NCBI GenBank assembly: GCA_965214095.1
Contig: OZ243938.1
Coordinates: forward strand, 4,640,001 to 4,704,000
DNA length: 64,000 nucleotides
Reading direction: 5' to 3'
Source: Candidatus Poribacteria bacterium
GTDB lineage: Bacteria; Poribacteria; WGA-4E; WGA-3G
In this document: in pieces, positions 1 through 9,797 of the stretch
Layout of the letters: the number at the start of each line of letters is the position of its first letter
How positions within the stretch are numbered: position 1 is the first letter of the stretch
The notes under the pieces: model-generated
Database searches by the model: none
The model's input: only the letters and a program-made list of their open reading frames with translations
Told to the model about the DNA's origin: nothing
Translations under genes and position numbers: made by a program

Positions 1-2
1 AT

Positions 3-1265
3 ATTCCTGACAATAATGAACCAATATCGTATGAAAAAGTTCTGGAACTTATACGCGCCTATGCAGCGACAACAAGTTATACAGATGCACAAATCGGTCA
101 TGTATTGGATCAACTGGAAGCACTTGGACTTATGGAAAATACTGTTATTGCATTTTGTGGTGACCATGGATATAATCTTTCAGAAAACGGTACTATCGGA
201 AAAAATATCGTATATGAAGCAACACTCCATTCACCTTTGATTGTTAGTATCCCTGGACAAAAATCATCTGGAATGAGAACAGACGCTCTTGTTGAATTGG
301 TTGATATATTTCCCACATTATGTGATGCGTGCGAAATTCCAATTTTACCTGAATTAGAAGGACTTACGATGTTACCTGCCATTGAACAACCAACAATTCC
401 TTGGAAGACAGCTGCATTTAGTCAACGAAATCAGCAACTTAGTATGCGGACAGATAGATATCGCTACACCGAAACGAGTAACCTAAAAGAACTTTATGAT
501 TACGAAGTTGATCCATATTCCGAACTGAACATCGCAGAACTCCCAGAAAACGAAGATTTGGTTACACATCTCAGCGAAATGTTACATGCTGGTTGGCAGA
601 AGGCATTACCTGAAAAGATACCAGAACGAATTCCCCAGTCGAGGTCTTTACCTTGGGATGTCAACAATGATGGTATAGTTGATATACAAGATTTGATATT
701 AGTTTCAAGCAGTTTTGGTGAGGTAGATTTAGATAATCCGACAGTTGATGTCAACAAAGATGGTAGTGTGGATATAATTGATCTGTTGATAATTGCTGCT
801 CATTTGGGTGAAACTACTAATGGGTCAGCACCTAAATCAGAATCAGTTAATCATCAGTATGCTGGACAAGTTGAAAGATGGTTAATTGATGCACGCGAAT
901 ATCAAAACAGTTCAGATATAATTCAAAAGGGAATTGCAAACTTAGAACTGTTATTTGCCAATATTATACCGAAAAAAAATGTGCTCCTTCCAAATTTTCC
1001 TAATCCTTTTAATCCTGAAACATGGATACCTTATGATCTTGCAGAAGATACAGATGTGAATATATATATATACAACCAAATAGGTGAGACTATCCGCAAA
1101 CTAAATATAGGATTCCAATCTGCAGGAACATACCGTACACAATCAAGTGCAGCTTATTGGGATGGATGTAATGCCGCTGGGGAACCTGTGGCAAGTGGTA
1201 TCTATTATTTTTCACTGCAAGTAGGAAGCTATAATTCCACAAGAAAAATGGTGGTAACTAAGTAA
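3..1265 (+). CDS. Sulfatase (iduronate-2-sulfatase-like), 5'-partial, with C-terminal dockerin-like repeat pair and FlgD-Ig/T9SS-like tail
   Basis: Frame is open from position 3 (IPDNNEPISYEKVLELIRAYAATTSY...). Contains GDHG and LVELVDIFPTL, DVNNDGIVDIQDL/DVNKDGSVDIIDL and NFPNPFNPETWIPY. Close paralogue of the next gene. Confidence 0.88.
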   Translation: MPDNNEPISYEKVLELIRAYAATTSYTDAQIGHVLDQLEALGLMENTVIAFCGDHGYNLSENGTIGKNIVYEATLHSPLIVSIPGQKSSGMRTDALVELVDIFPTLCDACEIPILPELEGLTMLPAIEQPTIPWKTAAFSQRNQQLSMRTDRYRYTETSNLKELYDYEVDPYSELNIAELPENEDLVTHLSEMLHAGWQKALPEKIPERIPQSRSLPWDVNNDGIVDIQDLILVSSSFGEVDLDNPTVDVNKDGSVDIIDLLIIAAHLGETTNGSAPKSESVNHQYAGQVERWLIDAREYQNSSDIIQKGIANLELLFANIIPKKNVLLPNFPNPFNPETWIPYDLAEDTDVNIYIYNQIGETIRKLNIGFQSAGTYRTQSSAAYWDGCNAAGEPVASGIYYFSLQVGSYNSTRKMVVTK

Positions 1266-1289
1266 TTTTCAATTGTCAGGAGGAATAAT

Positions 1290-3299
1290 ATGCAGAAGCG
1301 TCTACGGTCGCGGTCTATTACACGGCGGAACTTCCTTGCCACAAGTCTTAAAGCTGGTGCTGCCACTCTTACCACAGGTCTATTACCTCGTAGAAGTGCA
1401 AGAGCAGAAGGCAAGTATAATGTTCTGTTCATTATTGTAGATGACTTACGACCAATGCTTGGTTGTTACAGAGTACCTGAAATGCACACACCAAATATTG
1501 ACAGTTTAGCCAGACGAGGAACGCTTTTTAATCGTGCATATTGTCAATATCCACTTTGTAACCCTTCAAGAGCGTCCATTCTGACAGGTTTACGCCCTGA
1601 ATCAACAAAAGTTTACAACAATGCTGCCGACTATAAACACACAATCCCCGAATCTGTGGATATGTACCAACACTTTATGAACAATGGTTATGATACATAC
1701 ACTTTTGGTAAGGTTAAACATTATCCCAATCCTTCATCTGGAGGACCAACTTGGAAAGCATTGGATGTCTCTGACGATGACTTAAATGATGGACAGACAG
1801 CAAGAAAGACAGTTGATTTTTTATCCGATGTTAAAGACCAAGCATTTTTCTTAGCAGTTGGGTTTGACAGACCTCATTTACCGTTCAACGCTCCTCAGAA
1901 ATATTTTGAATTATATTCTCCAAATCCTTTCTCATTACCACCTACATTGAATTATCCAACGAATGCTCCATCCATTGCACACAACAGTTTAGTTTCATTT
2001 AGACGATTCTTTGGAGATATTCCTTCAGGTGATGAACCAATTTCTGATGACAAGACTTTAGAGTTGATTCGAGCTTATGCAGCATCAACAAGTTATATGG
2101 ATGCCCAAGTTGGTAGAGTTTTACAGAAATTAGACGAACTTGAGTTAACAGAAAGAACAGTCATTATTTTTTGTGGGGACCACGGTTTTCATCTTGGTGA
2201 ACATGGCACTTGGAGGAAAAACACACTATATGAGATAGGTGTTCGGTCTCCATTGTTAATAAGTATTCCAGGCCAACAACCATGCCAGACAAATGCATTA
2301 TCTGAACTAGTAGACATATATCCAACATTATGTGATGTCTGTGATATTCCAATACCTGATGAGTTAGAAGGTCTGAGCCTTCTTCCTATAATTGAAGACC
2401 CTACACGACAAGTGAAAAGTGCAGCTTTCAGTCTCATAGCACGATCTGTAGGCCGATCTTATTCAATGCGTACTAACAGATATCGTTTCACAGAATGGGG
2501 TACTGATGGAGAAGCTGGTCGTGAACTTTACGATTACAATCTTGATCCAAATGAAACAATTAACGTTGCGGACCTACCTGAAAATGCAGATATTGTTGAG
2601 CAACTAAGTCAACGTTTGAGAGCTGGATGGAAAGAAGCTCAATCTGATAGTTTGGAACAACTACCAATTCCGATTACACTTCCGTGGGATGTCAATAATG
2701 ACGGGACTGTTGATATACAAGATCTAATGATTGTTTCAAATAGTTTCGGAAACGATAACAATGAGAATCCAAAGCTTGATGTGAACAAAGATGGAACTGT
2801 TGATATTATTGACTTGCTATTAGTCGCATCTCATCTTGGAGAAACTTGTTATGCCTCTGCACCAAAATCCAACTTTTCTATTTCACAAGGTCATATTGAC
2901 AGTATATCTGAATGGCTTACACAAGCATACATCCAAGATGATGGTTCAGATGTCTTTCGTGCCGGAATTGCTAACTTAGAAGCTTTGGTAACTAACAGCA
3001 TACCCGAACAGACCAAACTACTTCCTAACTATCCAAATCCTTTTAATCCTGAAACTTGGATTCCTTATGACTTGGCACAAGATGCAAATGTCCAGATTGA
3101 AATATATAATCTAAGAGGAGAATCAGTCCATAGACTTGATATCGGACATCAAGAAGCAGGTAACTATCGAAGTAAACAACAGGCAGCATATTGGGATGGT
3201 CGGAATCGTGATGGCGAATTAGTTGGAAGTGGAATATATTACTATTGTCTTGCCACAAACAATTCAAAATCAATACGAAAAATGGTTATAAGAAAATAG
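1290..3299 (+). CDS. Tat-exported Cys-type sulfatase with dockerin-like pair and FlgD-Ig/T9SS-like C-terminal domain
   Basis: TRRNFL twin-arginine leader, NVLFIIVDDLR, CNPSR active-site motif, GDHG, DVNNDGTVDIQDL, NYPNPFNPETWIPY; AGGAGG RBS. Confidence 0.92.
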   Translation: MQKRLRSRSITRRNFLATSLKAGAATLTTGLLPRRSARAEGKYNVLFIIVDDLRPMLGCYRVPEMHTPNIDSLARRGTLFNRAYCQYPLCNPSRASILTGLRPESTKVYNNAADYKHTIPESVDMYQHFMNNGYDTYTFGKVKHYPNPSSGGPTWKALDVSDDDLNDGQTARKTVDFLSDVKDQAFFLAVGFDRPHLPFNAPQKYFELYSPNPFSLPPTLNYPTNAPSIAHNSLVSFRRFFGDIPSGDEPISDDKTLELIRAYAASTSYMDAQVGRVLQKLDELELTERTVIIFCGDHGFHLGEHGTWRKNTLYEIGVRSPLLISIPGQQPCQTNALSELVDIYPTLCDVCDIPIPDELEGLSLLPIIEDPTRQVKSAAFSLIARSVGRSYSMRTNRYRFTEWGTDGEAGRELYDYNLDPNETINVADLPENADIVEQLSQRLRAGWKEAQSDSLEQLPIPITLPWDVNNDGTVDIQDLMIVSNSFGNDNNENPKLDVNKDGTVDIIDLLLVASHLGETCYASAPKSNFSISQGHIDSISEWLTQAYIQDDGSDVFRAGIANLEALVTNSIPEQTKLLPNYPNPFNPETWIPYDLAQDANVQIEIYNLRGESVHRLDIGHQEAGNYRSKQQAAYWDGRNRDGELVGSGIYYYCLATNNSKSIRKMVIRK

Positions 3300-3339
3300 A
3301 CATTTGATAAATAATTATATATAGGAAGGAAGTCTACAA

Positions 3340-4968
3340 ATGTTATTGCGCGCTATACTAATAATATACATACTTTCTCAATTATGTTTGTTGCCATTTT
3401 GTCAAGCAGCATCTCTCATAAATGTCCCGCTCAATCCCAATTTGTCTGATTTCAATACTGAAACCTACCAATTTATTCATCGTTTACTTAATAAACGTGC
3501 AGTGTCGGGTGTGACAAGAGGTTCTCTCCCATTTACAAGAAAACAGGTTACGGCATTACTCTTAGAAGCATCACAAAAACATGAAAATGGTGAGATAGAA
3601 CTCAGCGACAATGACCAAAAACGTCTACGGGAATTGTTAGCGTTTTATTCTGAAGCTGGAACAGGGGTTGCTCCAGATAGACGATTACATATTATGTCCC
3701 TAACTGACAATGCTAACTATCGTTTTTCATTTGATCTTCGTGCTGGTCAACGGGAGATAACACGTCTTGTAGATAATGCATCTGATATACCTTCTGATGA
3801 AGGTAACATGCACCTTACAACTTTGTTTCCACAAGTATATGGACAGGTTGCGGAAAGTTTTGCTTTTACTACAGACATAGGATATCGGTTTTTATACGGT
3901 GATATATTTGATGATGTATACCCAGATGAATCTAAATATAGACAATTGGAAGGTGAACTAAAAAATAGAACTGCAGCAAATAGTTATATCAAATTTAAAC
4001 TTCCGATGTTAGACATGCAGTTTGGAACAGACAATCTTCAATGGGGACCTGGCTATCATGGAAATCTGATGGTTTCACCAAACCCTATTGCTATGGATAT
4101 GCTGAAGTTTCAAACCAATTTCAAAAATGTTTCCTTCACTGCTTTTACTGGGGTTTTAGAAGATCAAGTAGAAGAAATCAATGATAAGTTTATTTCAGGA
4201 CACAGAATTGAAGGATTTTTTTGGAATTGGTTTGGTATAGGTTTATCTGAGGTCGTTGTGTACGGAAACAGATTTGAAGCTGGATATTTGAATCCTGTTA
4301 ATATCTATCTCATAAACGAACAGACAATTTCACGAGCGGATAGTCGTGCACCCGGTAGTGGAGATAATGTGCTGGCAAGTGTTGACTTGCGATTCCGTCC
4401 TAAAGACAATTTTGAGATATATGGAGAAGTATTGGTTGACGATGGAAATCCTGCAGCATCATTCTATCATTGGGATACAAAATTTGGTATCCTTGGAGGG
4501 ATATATTTAACAGACGCTTTTGGTTTATCAGATACCGATTTCCATGCTGAATATACATTTATCAATCAATATACATATACACATGTAAATCCAGTAAACG
4601 TATACAAACATTTTACGTCTGTAATAGGACATCACATAGGAACTGATGCTGATAATCTATGGCTTGAGTTTCGTAGACGGTGGACAGATAAGCTTGAAAC
4701 GGTTTTTGGATATGAATTAGAACGTCATGGACAAGGTGATATAAATAAGAATCATCCTGCAGATGCCCCAAAAGATGATGTCTGGACTCCTCTTTCAGGC
4801 ATAACAGAAAGTGAACACCGTTTGAAAATTGGTTTTAACTGGGTCAATATTGGAGACTACTCATTCTATGGCGAATGGAATCGCATTTGGAACAGGAACA
4901 AAGGTAATCGCGAAGGTATACACGAAACGGGCAATGAAATTCAGGCTAAGATACTATTCAGGATTTAG
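3340..4968 (+). CDS. Capsule assembly Wzi-family outer-membrane beta-barrel protein
   Basis: Signal peptide; WGPG..G.L, HRIE, IGLSEVVVYG, YLNP, DN.L, YGE.LVDD and IGH.IG..AD motifs; lies upstream of glycosyltransferase genes. Confidence 0.75.
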   Translation: MLLRAILIIYILSQLCLLPFCQAASLINVPLNPNLSDFNTETYQFIHRLLNKRAVSGVTRGSLPFTRKQVTALLLEASQKHENGEIELSDNDQKRLRELLAFYSEAGTGVAPDRRLHIMSLTDNANYRFSFDLRAGQREITRLVDNASDIPSDEGNMHLTTLFPQVYGQVAESFAFTTDIGYRFLYGDIFDDVYPDESKYRQLEGELKNRTAANSYIKFKLPMLDMQFGTDNLQWGPGYHGNLMVSPNPIAMDMLKFQTNFKNVSFTAFTGVLEDQVEEINDKFISGHRIEGFFWNWFGIGLSEVVVYGNRFEAGYLNPVNIYLINEQTISRADSRAPGSGDNVLASVDLRFRPKDNFEIYGEVLVDDGNPAASFYHWDTKFGILGGIYLTDAFGLSDTDFHAEYTFINQYTYTHVNPVNVYKHFTSVIGHHIGTDADNLWLEFRRRWTDKLETVFGYELERHGQGDINKNHPADAPKDDVWTPLSGITESEHRLKIGFNWVNIGDYSFYGEWNRIWNRNKGNREGIHETGNEIQAKILFRI

Positions 4969-5077
4969 ACAATTACACAAGTGTCAATTATATAAATTAT
5001 GAAGATTTTATCAGGTTTAACACTCTTCCCGTCAAATTCCCATGCTTTAGCTTGCGGGATGTAGACGGGCAAAAAGG

Positions 5078-5106
5078 TTGACTTTGAGAAAGAAACACAC
5101 TATAAT
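5078..5106 (+). promoter_or_regulatory. Sigma70-type promoter inside the IS left end driving tnpB
   Basis: TTGACT-N17-TATAAT. Confidence 0.7.
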
Positions 5107-5192
5107 ACAAATACCTTTTCAGTGGTGGATGTCGTTAGCATCTGCCACACTACTAACGATGGGTAAGGAGTTCTTCACCGAGAAGGCGGACC

Positions 5193-6305
5193 ATGAGAAA
5201 AACCTATAAATACAAGGGACAAAATCAAAAGAACACGCTAAAACTTGGCAATATGCTTGACGATATGCACCAGATTCATGTGCATATTATGCGATTGCAG
5301 TGTAGATATTACCGTATGTATGGCAAAAACATATCCGCATATAGAATGAATGCACATGTTGCCAAACTAAAAAAGCGGACAAAGTCTCATTGGGCAGACT
5401 TGCCGAGTCAAGTTGTTCAAGATGTTGTGCTGCGTATGGGCAAAGCTTATGATGCATTTTTCAGAAATATGGAAGATCGCAAGGCTGGCAAAACAACGTG
5501 CAAAGTCGGTAGACCGCACATCAAACCGCAACATAAATACAACTCTATGACGTTTACACAGGCAGGCTATAAACTTGAAGGGAACCGTATCAAGATCAAC
5601 TGTATAGATACGTGGTTCTCCTTTCACAAACATCGTGATATTATCGGAGACCTCAAAACAATAACCCTCAAGCGTGACAGGTGTGGCGATTACTGGATAT
5701 GCTTTTCTTGTGATAATGTTGACAGACCGAAACCCATAGCAAAGACAGGTGAAAGTGCTGGCTTTGATTTCGGATTGACAACCTTTCTCACAACTTCTAA
5801 TGGTAATAAGATTGTGTCTCCGCAGTTTTTGAAACAGTCCTTGAACAAGTTGAGAACACTGAACAAAAGTCTGAGTCGCAAGATAAAAGGTTCTGGCAAC
5901 TGGTATCGTGCGAAACGCGCTTTGTCTCGACATTATAGGAAAATTGCACGACAACGCACCGATTGGCACTGGAAACTTGCGACAGCTCTTTGCAGGCGTT
6001 TTGATACCTTATGTTTTGAAACCCTCAATATAGACGGTATGAAACGCCTCTGGGGGCGTAAAGTCAGTGATCTCGCTTGCTACCAGTTCATTCAAGTGTT
6101 GGCATTCAAGTGTGCGAAACACGATAAAACTTTCCTCAAAATCGGACAATGGACAGCGACAACAAAACCCTGTAGTAACTGCGGATACACAAACGATAAG
6201 CTAACACTTTCAGATAGACACTGGATATGTCCTTCGTGCAATACTGAACACGATAGAGACATCAATGCAGCTATCAATATCAAACAGGCAGGCTTAGCTG
6301 CCTAA
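5193..6305 (+). CDS. tnpB: RNA-guided endonuclease TnpB
   Basis: RuvC motifs GFDFG, FETLN, DRDINAA; zinc finger CSNC...CPSC; 370 aa. Confidence 0.95.
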   Translation: MRKTYKYKGQNQKNTLKLGNMLDDMHQIHVHIMRLQCRYYRMYGKNISAYRMNAHVAKLKKRTKSHWADLPSQVVQDVVLRMGKAYDAFFRNMEDRKAGKTTCKVGRPHIKPQHKYNSMTFTQAGYKLEGNRIKINCIDTWFSFHKHRDIIGDLKTITLKRDRCGDYWICFSCDNVDRPKPIAKTGESAGFDFGLTTFLTTSNGNKIVSPQFLKQSLNKLRTLNKSLSRKIKGSGNWYRAKRALSRHYRKIARQRTDWHWKLATALCRRFDTLCFETLNIDGMKRLWGRKVSDLACYQFIQVLAFKCAKHDKTFLKIGQWTATTKPCSNCGYTNDKLTLSDRHWICPSCNTEHDRDINAAINIKQAGLAA

Positions 6306-6418
6306 AGTGGAGATGACGTGAGACGGGTGATCCTTTTGGAGAAACGCTGTTGTCAAGGAAGCACAAGCCCCAACCTTTAGGTTGTGGGTCACTATGACGC
6401 ATCGTATATTTTGTGAAT
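6230..6418 (+). ncRNA. Predicted TnpB omegaRNA (reRNA): right-end scaffold plus about 20-nt flanking guide; 5' boundary approximate
   Basis: Known biology of TnpB right ends; right-end hairpin visible at 6368-6388. Confidence 0.5.
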
Positions 6419-6478
6419 TAATAGCCAGTTCTGTAGAGTAAATAAATGTATGAGTGGAATCATAAGTAAGGATCTAAG

Positions 6479-7600
6479 ATGAGAATTCGGGTGTTAGGCA
6501 TTAGAGGACTTCCAGCGACATATAGTGGTTCCGAGACGGTTATGAGTGAACTTGCGCCGCGATGGGTTGAAGCAGGACACGAAGTTATCGTTTACTGTAG
6601 AAATGGGTTTTTTCAAGAGAAGCCTGATGAATGGAAGGGAATCAAATTAGTATATTTACCGAGTATAGAACATAAAATATTCAGCACGCTAAGCCACAGT
6701 TTTTTTGCTTCATTACATGCATCTTTTTCACCATCTGATATTATTTTTGTCTGGAATGCTGGAAACGGACCATTTGGTTGGTTCTTCAGAATTAGTGGTA
6801 AAAGAGCAGTTATCAATGTTGATGGAATGGAATGGTTGCGTCCAAAATGGAAAGGTATAGGTGCAGTCTACTTCAAATGGGCAGCTAAGATGGCGACTTC
6901 TGCATTCCCTCTTGTTATAACAGATGCAGAAGAGATGAAACGGTTGTATCTTGAGGAATTAGGTGCTGAGACACAATATATTGCTTACGGAGCTAACATT
7001 GAACCTTCAGAACATCCTGAAGTTCTTGAGGATTATGGATTGCAGTCACGTGATTACTATCTAATAGCCAGCCGACTTGTTCCTGATAACAATGCCGACA
7101 TAATTGTGGAAGCATTTGTAAAATCAAATAGTGGTAAAAAGCTTGCTATTGCTGGTGGAGCAGACTATAAAGGAAATAAACTTGAAAACGAATTCTTGGA
7201 TAAACTTAAGGACATGGCAAATGAAAATGTCCTTTTTCTTGGACATATAGATAGTTCTGAGCATATAAAAGAACTCCACCATCACTGTTTTGCTTATGTC
7301 CACGGACATCAGTTTGGGGGTATCAATCCATCCATATTGAAGGCATTGGGTTTTTCTAACTGTATCCTCGCGTTGAATACTCCCTTTAACCATGAAGTAT
7401 TAGAAGGGGGTAAATACGGTGTACTCTTTGATAAAGACCCCGATTCTCTGAAAAATGAAATGGAAACATTAGAACAGGATACTGAGATGGTTGAGGATTT
7501 TCGTCGTCGTGCACCAGAACAGATTCGGAAGCGGTTCAATTGGGATCATATCGCAGAACAATACATAGACGTATTTGAAGAATTACAGAAAAAGAAGTGA
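6479..7600 (+). CDS. GT4 glycosyltransferase (DUF1972/WchF-like)
   Basis: LGIRGLPATYSGSET, NVDGMEWLRPKW, RLVPDNN, YVHGH..GG.NPS. Confidence 0.9.
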   Translation: MRIRVLGIRGLPATYSGSETVMSELAPRWVEAGHEVIVYCRNGFFQEKPDEWKGIKLVYLPSIEHKIFSTLSHSFFASLHASFSPSDIIFVWNAGNGPFGWFFRISGKRAVINVDGMEWLRPKWKGIGAVYFKWAAKMATSAFPLVITDAEEMKRLYLEELGAETQYIAYGANIEPSEHPEVLEDYGLQSRDYYLIASRLVPDNNADIIVEAFVKSNSGKKLAIAGGADYKGNKLENEFLDKLKDMANENVLFLGHIDSSEHIKELHHHCFAYVHGHQFGGINPSILKALGFSNCILALNTPFNHEVLEGGKYGVLFDKDPDSLKNEMETLEQDTEMVEDFRRRAPEQIRKRFNWDHIAEQYIDVFEELQKKK

Positions 7601-7631
7601 ATCTTTGATTGTCCGGGTATGGTGAAGAATT

Positions 7632-8297
7632 ATGTTCCAGTTTCTAACAAATTTGCGTTTCCTACGCACTTCTATTCTATCCCCTATGAACGATAACACA
7701 TCACAAGTTACTCATAAGAGACTTTCCACTTTCTATGCAAAGCATGGCAAATACCTCTTAGATTTTGTGGCAGCATTCTTGTTGATTCTTATCTTTTCAC
7801 CATTGATGATTCTCATTGCGATATTAATTAAACTATCCTCACGCGGTCCTATTTTCTTCTCACACAAACGGGTAGGTTTCAAGAACAAGTTATTTGTCAT
7901 TCTTAAGTTTAGAAGTCTTCATATTGATACGCCATCCTATTCAGAGAAACCTGATTCAAACGAAGATGTTCGTATCACATCTATTGGGAAATGGATTCGT
8001 AAAACAAGCTTAGATGAACTCCCACAATTGTTTAACGTCCTCAAAGGCGATATGAGTCTTGTCGGACCACGTCCTGAGATGCCTTTCCTAGCGGAGAAAT
8101 ACGAGGATTGGGAAAACCAGAGACATCTCGTGCGTCCAGGAATGACTGGCTTGTGGCAGTTGAGTCCACATCGACGCGGGGCAATCCGTGATGGTATTTC
8201 TGTGGATTTAGAGTACATTGAGAATCTATCGCTTTGGAATGATTTCAAAATATTGCTTCGGACGTTCAGAGTCTTTTGGGATGATAACACATATTAG
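7632..8297 (+). CDS. Bacterial sugar transferase (priming phosphoglycosyltransferase)
   Basis: KFRS, RKTSLDELPQLFNVLKGDMSLVGPRPE, PGMTGLWQ. Confidence 0.93.
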   Translation: MFQFLTNLRFLRTSILSPMNDNTSQVTHKRLSTFYAKHGKYLLDFVAAFLLILIFSPLMILIAILIKLSSRGPIFFSHKRVGFKNKLFVILKFRSLHIDTPSYSEKPDSNEDVRITSIGKWIRKTSLDELPQLFNVLKGDMSLVGPRPEMPFLAEKYEDWENQRHLVRPGMTGLWQLSPHRRGAIRDGISVDLEYIENLSLWNDFKILLRTFRVFWDDNTY

Positions 8298-8311
8298 AAA
8301 ATAAAGAGTTA

Positions 8312-8698
8312 ATGTCAACTTTCATTAGATTGTCAATGAAGAACATATTTAAAAATCTCACGAAAGGCTTAAGGTGTGGATTTGGACTCAAATGTCCAAG
8401 ATGTAGTACAGGTTCACTCTTTGTCAAACGTTTCACAATGCATATTAATTGTCCCGAATGTAATTTGAAATTTGAACGTGAACAGGGTTATTTTATTGGT
8501 GCAATGTATATCAATTATGGTGCGACAGTGTTCTTGGTCTTTCCGGGCTATTTTGTCATTGACCTATTCAACTCTATTCCTTTCTTAGTCAATTTTTGTG
8601 TATGGGGTCTTGTTTCTGCTGTATTTCCAATCTTTTTCTACAGGTACTCAAAAAGTTTGTGGCTAAACATGGATTATATACTTAATCCAAATACGTAA
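8312..8698 (+). CDS. DUF983-like small membrane protein with zinc-ribbon
   Basis: CPRC..GSLF....CPEC..FEREQGYF.GA followed by two TM helices. Confidence 0.75.
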   Translation: MSTFIRLSMKNIFKNLTKGLRCGFGLKCPRCSTGSLFVKRFTMHINCPECNLKFEREQGYFIGAMYINYGATVFLVFPGYFVIDLFNSIPFLVNFCVWGLVSAVFPIFFYRYSKSLWLNMDYILNPNT

Positions 8699-8715
8699 TA
8701 TCCAGTTTGATTCAC

Positions 8716-9468
8716 CTACCTCGTTGATATTAATCCGCGTATATACGATCCTTCCTCCGATGCAATAAATGTGAGAACTCTTGCAACTCCGACTGGATCA
8801 GCCAATGATTTCAAGGCATTTTCAACCGCTTTATCTGGGTCATTCCCATCGCGTCTGGCTGACTGTGCTATCTGACCCAATTTTAGAGGTGTTGCAAGTC
8901 CACCAGGACAAATTGTGTGCATACGTATGTTTAAACCTCCTACTTGATTTGCCACTGTCATGAGCAGACCATTAACACCGCCTTTACTTGAAGCATAGGC
9001 AACTGAGGAACTCCCACCGTGTATTCCAGCTCCAGATGCAATACAAAGGATTACACCTCCGCCAGTGTTTCCCATAATTGGAACAGCATGCTTGAGGGCA
9101 TAAAAAGTGCCTTTTAGGTTAACATCAATCACTGAGTCAAAAGTAGCAGCATCAAAATCTTCTATACGAACACTTGCACCTTCAAGTATTCCAGCACAAG
9201 TTACTAAAGTATCAATGCGACCGTAAGTATCTTCAGCACTTTTCATCAGATTTATAACATCGTCTTCAATAGATACATCAGTCTTGCAAAATAGTGCTTC
9301 TCCCCCTTTTTTCTGGATTAACTTTACTGTTTCTTGTCCGTCAAGTTCATTTATATCACCAATAACAATTTTACCACCAGAATCGGCATATTGAATTGCA
9401 GTAGCCGCTCCGATGCCAGTTGATCCGCCTGTAATTACTGCAACCTTATCGTTCAATTGAATGTTCAT
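8716..9468 (-). CDS. SDR-family oxidoreductase
   Basis: TGGSTGIG, YASSK, ICPG. Confidence 0.93.
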   Translation of the reverse strand: MNIQLNDKVAVITGGSTGIGAATAIQYADSGGKIVIGDINELDGQETVKLIQKKGGEALFCKTDVSIEDDVINLMKSAEDTYGRIDTLVTCAGILEGASVRIEDFDAATFDSVIDVNLKGTFYALKHAVPIMGNTGGGVILCIASGAGIHGGSSSVAYASSKGGVNGLLMTVANQVGGLNIRMHTICPGGLATPLKLGQIAQSARRDGNDPDKAVENALKSLADPVGVARVLTFIASEEGSYIRGLISTR

Positions 9469-9615
9469 ATTATCTTCTCCATTATGTTAGGATATGGAAA
9501 AGTATAGACTTAATCGGATTACAAGACAAGTACTATTGCATAGTTGTTTCTAACGTTGTAAATAGTATTATTGGATAACTCTGTTGTATTTACGTAATTC
9601 ATAGTCCCTCTTACA

Positions 9616-9734
9616 TTACACCATTTCTAATAGAGAACGCTGCATTTTTGTAGCACAAACTGGCAGTTTGTGCCATCCTACAAGACATTCTTAACAAATT
9701 GTTAATGGGATAAACATTTATAGAAATGGTATTA
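9616..9734. mobile_element. Putative MITE carrying a GTAG-type REP hairpin
   Basis: Imperfect TIRs TTACACCATTTCTA / TAGAAATGGTATTA; internal GTAGCACAAACTG-G-CAGTTTGTGC palindrome. Confidence 0.55.
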
Positions 9735-9797
9735 CTAGATATAGATTTGAATATGCAATTGTGAAATATGTTACATTAGTTGTAGGCTTGATTATAG

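Larger units (their letters stand above)
5021..6398 (+). mobile_element. IS200/IS605-family element, TnpB-only (IS1341-like)
   Basis: Left subterminal hairpin (about 5038-5059) preceded by AAAT, with TTAA at 5017-5020. Right hairpin (6368-6388) preceded by CAAG, ending at TGAC 6395-6398. No tnpA. Confidence 0.8.

Noticed and set aside
5367-5969. 200-aa minus-strand ORF inside tnpB as a possible tnpA
   Set aside because: No HUH/Y1 motifs; antisense shadow ORF.
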